From the NCBI RefSeq assembly GCF_006345805.1, contig NC_043006.1, forward strand, positions 91,884,001 to 91,948,000: a DNA stretch of 64,000 nt. Reading direction: 5' to 3'. Shown in pieces: positions 25,481 to 36,520 of the stretch. Below the pieces are notes generated by a model. It saw nothing but the letters and a program-made list of their open reading frames with translations, was not told the origin of the DNA and made no database searches. The first letter of the stretch is position 1. Every line of letters begins with the position of its first letter. The position numbers and the translations under genes are program-made. Source of the DNA: Octopus sinensis. Lineage: Eukaryota.

Positions 25481-26959
25481 CATATATATACACACACACG
25501 CACACAAACACACACAGACACACATATATATACATATGAATAACGTAATCATTCTCCACATATATAGAGAGAGAATAAGGGAGAGACCGGTCTTTTAAAA
25601 TTGTTTTAACAGTATCATGAGCTTATCTGTGTTTATGTGTGGCGGCTGTATAAATATATATATACACAAATACTCTCTCTTCGATGATGGAACTGGCAAC
25701 TACTGATATTCTTTGACATGGATATTCCTTAATCCTTCCTCTTTGAGGACGGAATATTTGGCTTTTATATGGAAATCTTTGTTCATTGATATATGCTTCA
25801 TATGAACAGCTATTCTGGAAACAGCTGTAAGAGGCTTTGTACACATCGTTTTACTCCCTCATTTGTATACCGTTTACTACAAAAATTCTATTGCAACAAC
25901 TCTACAATTATGCTTGAATTATTAATTTCCTGCTTTAAAATGACACCACGGTTTGCTTGTTCTTTTTACCTTTCTTATATATATCTAACCGCTCAATGAT
26001 GCATCACTTATAGCTATTCATTGCTTTTTTTTCAGTCGCAGTTGTCACCTTTGTTATGGATTTTAGTTTAAAACTCCCGAGTTTTAAGTGTTAAATCTAC
26101 CTGCGCACTTGTTTTACATGCCTATTACATTATGTCAGTAGATGCAATTTTATGTGTACTATATACATTCACATATATATTTCTTTTTGTGCAAAATATA
26201 TATACATATATATTTTGTAAAGATACACATATATATTTTGTTCAGTGCTTATTCATGAGAGTTAAAGGGGTACATTGTAGCATACCTGAACAAGCCAGAA
26301 ATAAATACTAAAAGGTAGATAGAGAGCTCCTGATGTTGAAGGGTCTTCGTTGGCTGGACATTTTAGAGCAGTTGTTTTACTGAGTGTCAGGTATGGTTGA
26401 GCATACATATATTAAGAGGGTGTCAGAGGTGACACCACGTCTTTTTCCGCATCAATATCTATCTTTTGTGTATAAGAGAATGCAGATGTCAGTAAAAACA
26501 GAGAGAGGGATAGAGAGAGAGAGAGAGAGAGAGATAGATAGAGATAGAGAGAGACAAATCTAGAATATTTGCACACACATACAAACGTTTGTATGTGCGT
26601 AGGCAAATATATATTGCTTTTCGATCATCCGAGTTTAACACTGCTATTAGTATTGGGGAAAAAGCCTTGTAGTGTGTTTTCATTGTAAAATCAATCACAA
26701 AGATGATAACTCCAATGGTGGAAGCTAATCCGAAAAACAATAATGGAGATACGAATGTATATTTTATTCAATGCCAATTGGTGACACGACAGAAATTTTT
26801 CGGTAATATGATGTCTCCTCATTGAAGCGTGTTCGATTCAATTCACAATGTTTCTAAATAATCTGTATTTGTAGAAATAGTAGAAAAATGAAGATTAGCA
26901 ATAGTGCTGAAGGAAATACCTTCGCGTATTTTTCCACAAGCTGGGTCTCCGCTATATTA

Positions 26960-27200
26960 TCCTTTCAGTTAGTGGAATAAAAGTTCCTGTAGATTGGTCT
27001 TTGGTATAAAAAGCAACAAACAACGGGAAACACTTCAGAAATATGATTTGGAGAATAACTGGATAAAGAAAGGATTTTAAAACGGAATTGGGAAAGGAAC
27101 AAGCATGTTTCAGTATTATTAAATCTCTTTAGCGAAGCATATTCTACCTGGTTAGACTGAGAACAATATAGAAATAGAAGGATGTAGCTACGGTCATTGT
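26960..27200 (-). mobile_element. Possible highly decayed mariner transposase relic
   Basis: FKILSLSSYSPNHISEVF is only loosely similar to WEILPHPPYSPDLAPSDY. Confidence 0.25.
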
Positions 27201-28919
27201 GATTACCTATTTTAGGTCTGAGAGAAAACACCGCAAACCAATGTTTAGTTGTTCAGTCTCTCATGCTGCATATGTTGGTGTATATGATAATGTTTTAATC
27301 ATTAAAAAGTACTCGCAAGAGTTTCGGTCTCGTGTCACATCAAGGTACAAAATGTGCACAAAAATCGTGCAGAGATTGGTAACTCATCAACGTGGGCGGT
27401 GTTTGATGGTGGGCTAACATCTACGATGATAGCTACTGTTTTATAGACTCAAGTAGCTTTCAAAATACACTGATTTGAGAAAAAAAAGCGATTAATTTTG
27501 TCTGTCACAGTTTGTCATCTCATAAAAGCAAGTGCCTCGAAAAAAAAAGAGAAAAAATTAGAAAATGAGTACAAAATCCTGAACACACATTCGTCCATAT
27601 ACCTGGATCTGTGTAACGGTTGAATGATAGCAGAGTCATTAGCTGGTAGACTAGAAACTCCTAACAACATTTGTTCCAGCTGTCAGGAATTGTAACAACG
27701 TTACAATTCATTCTTTTGGAGGTCAATGAAAAAAAATACAGCCGCCTAGGGCGGCGGGAGATTGGCCAAACTGTTACGACGGCGGTTCTCATGCAGAGCG
27801 AGATTTATTCCATCCCTTTGTGTTCTGCGTTCGAATTCTACCATGGAAGACATAGTTCGCAGAATTGAACGGTCATCCGTTTTAACATTACATGATATAT
27901 CTTGGGTGGCTTTAGCGGAAGTTTTCTGTTGTAAATATTTGGGGCAAATTTGAAAATACCGTCGTCTCTCTCTACAGCCATTTTGATGAACATTTAAAGG
28001 TTTATAGACACTGATTTCCACCAGACTAAAAGATACGTAAACACACTAGACACACACTGACAGACACACGTGTATATATACCCCAGTGTAAACCAGTTGC
28101 CTAAATAAAATCTATCTACATTGGCTGCTTAAGGATACTCTCAGTTGGTTGCGTACTTGGCACACACACTCGACATTATGGATGATTGAAACATAATGGG
28201 CAATGAAGAGGAATTAGTAATTTATTTATAGACCCAGGAAGGATAAGAAAGTCGAATTTGACATCGACGGAATTTGAAATCAGAGCGCAATGAGCCTGAA
28301 CGAATTTCTTACGATAGTCTATCCGATATACTAAACCTTACGCGAATATATACATTGAAGCACATACATTTATTCCCATACATTTATTTTTTTTTTCAGT
28401 TCCCTAACATAAAGATCTTAAAGATACTAGTGGTCGGGAATCGCATATTTCGCCCTCCTTTTGGCCTCGTCAGTACTACACAACTTGGAACTTGAAATTA
28501 CGACAACTTTCTTTCTTTTTTCTTCTTTTCTAACTGTAGATCAAAGTGGTAGAAAGACACTTGTAATGATTTAAACTGAATTCATATTGTTCCTTTGTCT
28601 GAAAGCACAAAGAATAGTCAGAGAGTGAAACGGCTTACATATTACTAAAATACTTCCAGTGCATATTTTTTTTACGTAAATATTTACTCTACGAACACAT
28701 ATACACAATCCTGCCTTTGTATGTTGTTCCTGGGAGCAAAAATGAAAGTTGTGGCTGCATTTTCATGTTTCGTTATTCGTTGGGTTAATTTAGGATTAGT
28801 GTTCTTTCTTTTTCATTCTCGCTGTGACTTCTTGCTACCAATTTGTGTGAATAATACTTTCTGCTATAGGCACAAGGTCCGAAGTTTGTTGAGGGTGGCG
28901 CTAGTTGATTAGTCCAAAC

Positions 28920-29050
28920 CCAGTTCCGAACTGGTACTTATTTCATCGGTCCCAAAAGATGAAAGGCGTAGTCAATCTTGGCGGAATTTGCACTCAAAAC
29001 GTAAAGACGGACGAAATGCTGTTAAGCATTTTGCCTGGCTAAGCATTTTG
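28920..29050 (-). mobile_element. SINE fragment (16460 type)
   Basis: CTGGTACTTATTTTCATCG...GATGAAAGGC..AGTCAATCTTGGCGGAATTTG.ACTCA is the reverse complement of the core and B box. Confidence 0.7.
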
Positions 29051-30057
29051 TACAAAAATTTAACATAGCAAAAACACAAGTTGCAGCTGTCATATGTATT
29101 AATGGTGTTTTATCACCAAGCAACAATGGACGCTATCTCATGTTATTTTCAATAAAGAAAGCTTAACTATTAATATATTAAAAAAAAAAAAACATTTAAT
29201 ACATACTGATAAATATATTTGTTTCCTGACCCACAGTTCAATAAATATTTTCTATTTCTTAACCTTTCCTTATCTGATAAAAATAAGGTGGTTAGTACCA
29301 TTAACGTTAAACGATATAAATTGTAGCTAAGCATTTTAACTTCCCAAATGGATTCAGTCACATGTGTGAAGGGAGGACATTGAAGCTATATCTGATAATC
29401 AAAAGTTAGTTTAGATAAAATGGAAAAGGTGTTTACCTCATATCTCTATAGTACATCGTACACACAAAATTACAAAAACCAGCAAGGACAAACCGAAAAC
29501 AAATTCGCATGAATTGTTTCCTATTCATTTCAATCATAAGCCGGAAGCATAGAGAGATCCTTCTATTCATCGGCTTCCTCGGTTGATGAGTTTTCAGAAT
29601 AGTCATCCTAATGTTTTCAATTCATTATGCATTCAACACAAACTGAATAGAATTTATCCTAATTCATTATCTTCGCTTAATCCATTTTAAGGGAGGATAT
29701 CAAAATACAAGAGAGAAAAGGAAATGAAAAAAATAATATAATTCCGATTATTCCTATTTTCCAAACCAAATTCTGCCACTCCTACGATTACAACTGCTGC
29801 TGCTGCTACTGTCCTTGCTACTGCTAATGCCACTGCTCTTTCAGTTGACGCTGCCTCTTCTGACCGATATGGTACCTAGCTCTCAGCATCTTCCTATCCA
29901 AACATTTGTAATAAAGGTTCTACGAACATTCGCCGTAAACATATAGTAGTAACAGAAAAGAGGAATTTCGATTATCCCCACGTGGTGAGTTGTAATGTAT
30001 GTAAGAAATTAAAAAAGAAAATACGCACACTTACATAGTTTTAAAATAATTTTTAAT

Positions 30058-30092
30058 ATATCGACCGGTTTCGCTATCGCTATTCATGATAT
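30058..30092 (-). ncRNA. 35-nt minimal type-I hammerhead ribozyme candidate with A3-U8 covariant core
   Basis: ATATC-ATGAATA-GC-gata-GC-GAAA-CCGG-TC-GATAT: 5-bp stem I, 2-bp stem II, palindromic stem III ACCGGT, GUC triplet. Confidence 0.65.
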
Positions 30093-30404
30093 TATGTTTT
30101 TCTTATTTGAATATATATTTTTTCTTAAGAAGAAATTTGGTCCATGTTATGTGTGAGGAAATTTACGAGTGAATGACTTCACAAGTAGATAAATAAAGGG
30201 AGGTAATTGGTTGTTATTATTGTTATTGCTGTCCCACAACAATAACAATAATAACAAACAATTACCTCCCTTTATTTATCTACTTGTGAAGTCATTCACT
30301 CGTGAATTTCCTCACACACAACATGGATCAAATTTCTTCTTAAGAAAAAATATATATTCAAATAAGAAAAACATAATATCATGGATAGCGATAGCGAAAC
30401 CGGT
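30064..30404. repeat. Long fold-back palindrome, two 169-bp arms with a 3-nt loop (CCC)
   Basis: 30064-30232 is the reverse complement of 30236-30404 with about 6 mismatches (counted by eye). Confidence 0.95.
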
Positions 30405-30408
30405 ATAC

Positions 30409-30441
<33 letters not shown>

Positions 30442-30600
30442 TGTATGTATGTATGTATTCTGTTGTGTCTGGGGAGAGTCATTTTCTTTTTGTGCCTTAT
30501 AATTTAACACACGCACCCGTAAAAATTTCCACCTATTTCTTATCTTTATTTTCTTAAAATTAAAACGAAATATATATATGTATATATGCATATATATATA

Positions 30601-30660
<60 letters not shown>

Positions 30661-30879
30661 GTGTGTGTCTATAATTCTGTTTTTATTTTCTTTTTGTCCT
30701 TTGTAAATGTTATATTTATTTTGTATTACTTTTCATTGAAGCAGAATTTTTTTCTTTTTCAAAACATCATCTTTTAAATTGCTTTCTTTTGCCCCCACCC
30801 CTCTAGCTTTGCCATGATAATATAATAGATAGGTTGGTTAAACAATTATATACCAAAGGAGCAATTCATCTTTATTTTT

Positions 30880-30968
30880 CGGGGAAATTGTCTTGCGGCG
30901 AATTTTCCTACGGGCAAAAATCCTGAGGCGAAATTTTCTGCGGCAAAAATGCTTGCGGAAAACGTTCC
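30880..30968. repeat. Imperfect 15-bp tandem repeat, about 6 units
   Basis: gcggcgaattttcct / acgggcaaaaatcct / gaggcgaaattttct / gcggcaaaaatgctt / gcggaaaacgttcc. Confidence 0.75.
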
Positions 30969-30969
30969 G

Positions 30970-32260
30970 AAGACAGTAGAATAAAATTCAACAAAATATC
31001 AGCAAAGTCGTCCCAAAAACTAGCAAGATCATGGAATACATTATCAGAAGGAGACTGATCATTTTCTTGGAAGAGAATAACTTGCTCACAAATACACAAC
31101 ATAGTTTCCACCCAGGAAGGAGATATCTCACACAGCTACTATGACTGGGTACTGAAACAGCAGCTCAACTACTCAAATGTGGATGTGATATATCTCGACT
31201 TTGCCAAGACCTTAGACAAAGTTGATCATGGGATGATATGTCACAAACGACGCGACCCTGGTGTCGCTGGAAAACGAGGAGAGTGCTGGCACGACTTTTT
31301 GAAGGACAGGAGTCAGACAGTTACAGCCAATGGTGCTCTCTCTGGAAGATATCCATCCGCAGTGAAGTTCCTCAGGGAACTGTACTAGGACCACTATTGT
31401 TTGTCGTGTCTCTCTCAGACATGCCCTCATGATATACAGTCAACCACCCTCACCAGCTACGCTAATAATATAACAGTATCTCAGGCAGTCAAGGACTTTG
31501 ATGACATAGCAAAACTCCAAAATGATCTGTATGCAATATATAAATGGGCTGATGAAAATAGCATGTAGTTCAGTGTTGATAAGATTCAAACACTCTAAGA
31601 ATCTACATGAGCAGTAAGGCAACATTCCATGTGCATATTGCCAGGATGGCAGCGTTGAGCCAATCAGGACCAGAAATAAGGAATCCCTGCTACTCCTATG
31701 AAGGGTATTTGTCCCCAGTCGTCTGGATTACTGCTCCAAACTGTGGGGCATCAAATTTGTTGCAGAACTTGAAGCAATCCAGCACCACAACGCTAAGAAG
31801 ATTGATTCGGTGAAACAGATGAGCTACTGGGAGAGGCTACAAGAACTAAAGCCCTATTCCCTGGAGAGAAGGCGAGAAAGGTATGCTGTGATATACATAT
31901 GGAAGATCCTGGAATTTCTAGTTCCCAACTTTGGAATTAAAAGCTATACCAACTGCCGAAAAGGACGGCACTTCATAATACCAAAGATCTTCTTTATCTC
32001 AGTTGAGGACACATGATTGCAACAACTTGGGTTTCCGGTTACCACGAGTGTTTAACATCCTGCCAAGGAACCTAAGATATCTGCTGGGTGTAGATGTGGA
32101 AACATTCAAAAAGCACCTGGACAAACTTCTATCTGAAATCCCAGATGAATCCATATGGTGGTAGGAGGCACAAAGAAGAGAAACTTTGTCCAGTTCTATT
32201 ATTGACCAAAAACAGTACAGAAAAGAGACCAAATGGCACTGAAAGAAGCCCCAGCCTCTG
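30970..32260 (+). mobile_element. CR1-type LINE, RT and C-terminal region with internal deletions
   Basis: VDVIYLDFAKTLDKVDH, EVPQGTVLGPLLF, SYANN (YADD position), LQNDL, LERRRERYAVIYIWKIL, VETFKKHLDK. Confidence 0.88.
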
Positions 32261-32337
32261 GTTGAAATCAGTAAGAGGTAAAAGATAAAAGATTATATAT
32301 ATATAATCTTTTATTTTTTACCTTTTACTGATTTCAG

Positions 32338-32368
<31 letters not shown>

Positions 32369-32889
32369 CATTAAAAGTCAGTTTCAAAATTGCTTGTAAT
32401 GTTAATCAGCGAAACTGGCGCATAATAGGAAAGTAGCATGAATTAAGTAACCCTGAAATGTTAAAACGAATCGAATGAAACAGGTTTCGCGAAAATCGAT
32501 GAAGTAGTTTTCAAGATATTAGAGATTTTTAGGGTATAATTACTCCAAACGATGTATAATGGGAAAATGTTTCCAAAATAATCTTCATTCTGAAAAGAAA
32601 GAAAATCTCATCTTTCTATTAAACAGTGAATTGACAACGAAAAAAAAAAACCGATTTTTTTTTTACAATTCCTATTCTCGCTTTTGTTAAACAATATTTT
32701 AATCATTTAGAAATATTTTTAAGTGAATGTGATTTCAAAAATGTAAACTGTTTGTACAGTAAATATTTATATTTAAGCTTTCTTTAAACAGACAATATTT
32801 TAATGTTTTCAAAAAGTATTTTCAAGTGAATACCATTACAAATTTTTTTTTGGCATACTTAAAGAATATTCTAAAGTGAAAATGACTTT

Positions 32890-33372
32890 AAAAATGTGGT
32901 AGATATTTCGTAAAAGACCCGTTTGTAAGCTCAGTGTTAAATAGGATTTTCGAGTGTGTCTTCCCTCCAAAGATTTGGCTGCTATTCCTAGCAGGCCCTG
33001 CTACAACGTAACATCTGATTGCGATAAAGGCCCCGAAATACCTGTCGCGTGGTACCAAGGCGAGCAAGAAATAGCAGCCAAATCTTTCCAACCCGCAAAA
33101 CTCTGCTGCTGGGAAACTCAGTTTCCCGGTGACCCGACGGGTCACGGGTTGCCCAGTTTATATAAATGTGACCGCGTGTGCACCGCTGGCGATTTTTTTC
33201 CCTCCGTCTTCCCTTCTCTGGATCTTTCCTTCTCCTATGTTTCCGACGAAGAGCTCCGCTCGAAACGTTAAACCCCCCTTCTTTCCTTCTTTCCTGAGCG
33301 TCCAATAATACTATATTTGTTCCACGTCCTCGCGTTGTTGTGTTTTTTTGTGCTTTCTTGTTTGGATTAACT
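32890..33372 (+). mobile_element. PLE pseudo-LTR fragment ending in HHR motif, trailer and (AT)n
   Basis: RPVCKL remnant near 32920, TATA-like TTTATATAAA near 33160, HHR-like motif at 33239-33273. Confidence 0.6.
33239..33273 (+). ncRNA. Minimal type-I hammerhead-like motif (core CCGACGA plus extra A)
   Basis: GTTT-CCGACGA-A-GAGC-tcc-GCTC-GAAAC-GTT-AAAC: stem I GTTT/AAAC, stem II GAGC/GCTC, palindromic stem III AACGTT. Confidence 0.7.
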
Positions 33373-33484
33373 ATATATATATATATAGATAGATACACAC
33401 ACACACACACACACATACATATATATAATATTATATATATATATATACATATATATATATACTACATATATATAATATATATAT

Positions 33485-33516
<32 letters not shown>

Positions 33517-33589
33517 CATATATATATATTAATACATACATATATATATTATATATATATATATATATAATATTATATATATTAATATA

Positions 33590-35146
33590 CAGTTGCAGCC
33601 AAAATATTCAGAACGGCATTGTTTTCGTCAGAAAAGTAAGTATAAGTTTTTATCAAAATAGTTTTATATTCTATAATTTTCACAAACTATAAATACAATA
33701 TTAATTGTTATTGTCTGAGATTTTGGTGTAATTTGAGAGGATAATACAAAAGTTATGGATGATTTAGTGATTTACTGCAAAACCCATGGTCAGAACGGTT
33801 GAAAAAATAACAAAATAATAAAAAATGACAGAGAATACTGGAATTATTTAATATTTAGTTTGAAGCCCTTTAGCTTCAATCACACTCTGACATCTTCGAC
33901 TGCATGAGGAAATTAAATTTTCAATTTCTTGCTGGGTGATCTTATTTTATTCTTCCTGAAGGGCATTCCATAATTGCTCAGTTGTTTTAGGATTTCTGGC
34001 TTTCGAACGTTCTCTTAGAATATTCCATACATTTTCAATAGGATTGAAATCTGGGCTATGAGCAGGCCAATCCATAACAATAGGAAGTTCAAGACCACCT
34101 TAGCCTTGTGACATAGGGCATTGTCCTGCATGACTATGGGTGGTCGCTTAGTTGAATTTCTCAGCACAGGCAAGACATGATCTTTTACAAGTTGTTTATA
34201 AACTCCTGCATTTACCTTTCCATGTCATCGCACCAAAGAGCCCACACCATCTCCAGATATCATCCCCCAAACCATGACACTTCCTCCACCGAATTTAACA
34301 TTAGTCTTAAGGCATTTAGGCGACAATTTTTCACCTACTTTTCTACGAGCGTACCATTTCCCATCTGAGCCAAATGACATAAACTTAGATTCATCACTGA
34401 AATGCACCGTTTGCCATTTTTCTTGAGACCACAACACATGTTTGGTTGCAAAGGTAAGACGACACTTTTTATTCTTGGAGCTGATCAGTGGCTTCACTGC
34501 AGGTGCTCTTGCTTGTAGGTCATGTTCAACTAAACGACGAGACACAGTTTTTCGAGATAAAGTTTTCTTCAATACAATGCTCATTTTCCGAGAAACAGCA
34601 GCAGCAGCAGTTATTGGTCGTTTTTCTTGGCCTACCTGTAAACTTACTTGCTTCACACGAACCACAATCATCGTAGACCTTAAGAATACCGTGTACAACA
34701 CTTTTTGACTTGTTAACAATCTTTGCAATAGATCCAATACTTAAATTATCCTTCCTTCGAAGCTTAATAATCTACTGACGAATTGGTAACGGAGTAAGTG
34801 GCATTATATTAACAAAGTACACTGCAAATATTCTTACTAATGTTTAGTAAACGAACCGGCACGGTTACAAATTCAAAACATTAGAGTTCGCCGGTGAAAT
34901 ATACTAAAACACGGAGTAAAAGCAACCGTTCTGATCATTTTGGCCGCCATGGGTTTTGCAGTAAATCACTAAATCATCCATAACTTTTGTATTATCCTCT
35001 CAACTTACACCAAAATCTCAGGTAATAACAAATAATATTGTATTTATTGTCTGTGAAAATTATAGAATATAAAACAACTTTGATAAAAACTTATATCTAC
35101 TTTTCTGACAAAAACAATGCTGTTCTGAACATTTTGGCTGCCACTG
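33590..35146 (-). mobile_element. Tc1-family DNA transposon, 1557 bp, approx. 220-bp IR/DR-type TIRs, TA target duplication
   Basis: TA|CAGTTGCAGCCAAAAT... and ...ATTTTGGCTGCCACTG|TA; TIR similarity over approx. 33590-33802 and 34921-35146; DDE transposase inside. Confidence 0.93.
33848..34740 (-). pseudogene. Tc1 DDE transposase, disrupted
   Basis: VHFSDESKF, KFGGGSVMVWG, VMQDNALCHKAK, WPAHSPDFNPIENVW, VIEAKGLQTKY*; contains stops and a deletion between the second D and the E. Confidence 0.92.
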
Positions 35147-35159
35147 TATGTATGTATAT

Positions 35160-35535
35160 ACAAGCAAAACGCACCCCGTCCAATGGACGGTGCTGAATAT
35201 TTAAACCAAATTTTCTCAAAACAACTCGTCCGACCGTTCCATTTTGTGGCATTATTTCAAGCCAGCTGGCTTTTTTTTGCGCAAACGGCACGTGCATTTT
35301 TCTCGCGTACGCGTAGTATCGATCGCAACAGCTGATGTACTTGCGCATACAAATGCACATTCCCACGGCTTTATCGGTCGCATTCTCACCTGGAATCTAT
35401 TTTTGTAATTTTTTCAAGACTTATACACGTCCTGATACCATTGGTACCCACATATCAAATTTAAGCGCAATCGGATGGAAGATGCCCGAGATCCTAGAAG
35501 ACACACACAGGCAGAACGGATTTTATATAATAGAT
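35160..35535 (+). mobile_element. HINE/Helentron-like non-autonomous element, short version of 24905-25480
   Basis: Hairpin CCGTCC-AAT-GGACGG near the 5' end; colinear high similarity to the 24905 copy; same 3' end. Confidence 0.65.
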
Positions 35536-35544
35536 ATACAGATA

Positions 35545-35720
35545 TATCTATACGTATATTTCGAACCCAGGTTCGAAATGTCCCCAAGACACCTGATGAA
35601 TGTTGGAGGGTGCATCAGCCGAAACGTTGTGTTAACAACACAGAAGATGAGGACAAATATCTGTCAAATGTAAATAAAGTAAATGATGTACATAATTCCT
35701 CATCTCTTAAATATAGAACA
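35545..35720 (+). mobile_element. PLE-type terminal repeat with hammerhead motif
   Basis: HHR motif plus a trailer shared with 20060-20150. Confidence 0.65.
35588..35633 (+). ncRNA. Minimal type-I hammerhead motif with canonical CUGAUGA core
   Basis: GACAC-CTGATGA-A-T-GTTGG-agggtgca-TCAGC-C-GAAAC-GTT-GTGTT; the stem II closing pair is a U-C mismatch. Confidence 0.7.
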
Positions 35721-35883
35721 GAAAGTGAGAGACTTCGGCAAACGAAAATGGAATACTCCGCAGTGAATGCAATAAATATTTTAATTTGTGAGAAAGTGAA
35801 GTTTAAAAATTCAATAATATGGCAACAAAAGAAAGAATGAAACCTCGACATTATGTAAAACAGAGAAATTTATCTATAACATA

Positions 35884-36056
35884 ATGTGATAATTAGTCGG
35901 TTGTCATAATAAAGCTCAGAGTTTCAGATGTCGAGGCAAAAGTCTGCTCCGGCATCTCGTCAGTTATTAACACAAACTGACGAGATGCCGGAGCAGACTT
36001 CCACCCCGACATCCGAAACTCTGAGTTTTATTACGGCAACCGACTAATTATCACAT
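35884..36056. repeat. Fold-back palindrome, 82-bp arms, 9-nt loop; each arm is an HHR-like sequence
   Basis: 35884-35965 is the reverse complement of 35975-36056 with 8 mismatches, all transitions; CTGACGA...GAAAC on each strand. Confidence 0.95.
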
Positions 36057-36080
36057 ATTATATTATTATATACATATAAT

Positions 36081-36139
<59 letters not shown>

Positions 36140-36141
<2 letters not shown>

Positions 36142-36520
36142 CGCAGGAGTGGCTGTGTGGTAAGTAGCTTGCTTACCAACCACATGGTTCCGGGTTCAGT
36201 GGCAACTTGGGCAAGTGTCTTCTACTATAGCCTCGGGCCGACTAAAGCCTTGTGAGTGGATTTGGTAGACGGAAACTGAAAGAAGCCCGTCGTATATATG
36301 TATGTATATATATATATCTGTGTGTGTGTATGTTTGTGTGTCTGTGTTTGTCCCCCTAGCATTGCTTGACAACCGATGCTGGTGTGTTTACGTCCCCGTC
36401 ACTTAGCGGTCCGATAGAACAAGTACTGGGCTTACAAAGAATAAGTCCTGGGGTCGATTTGCTCGACTAAAAGCGGTGCTCCAGCATGGCCGCAGTCAAA
36501 TGACTGAAACAAGTAAAAGA

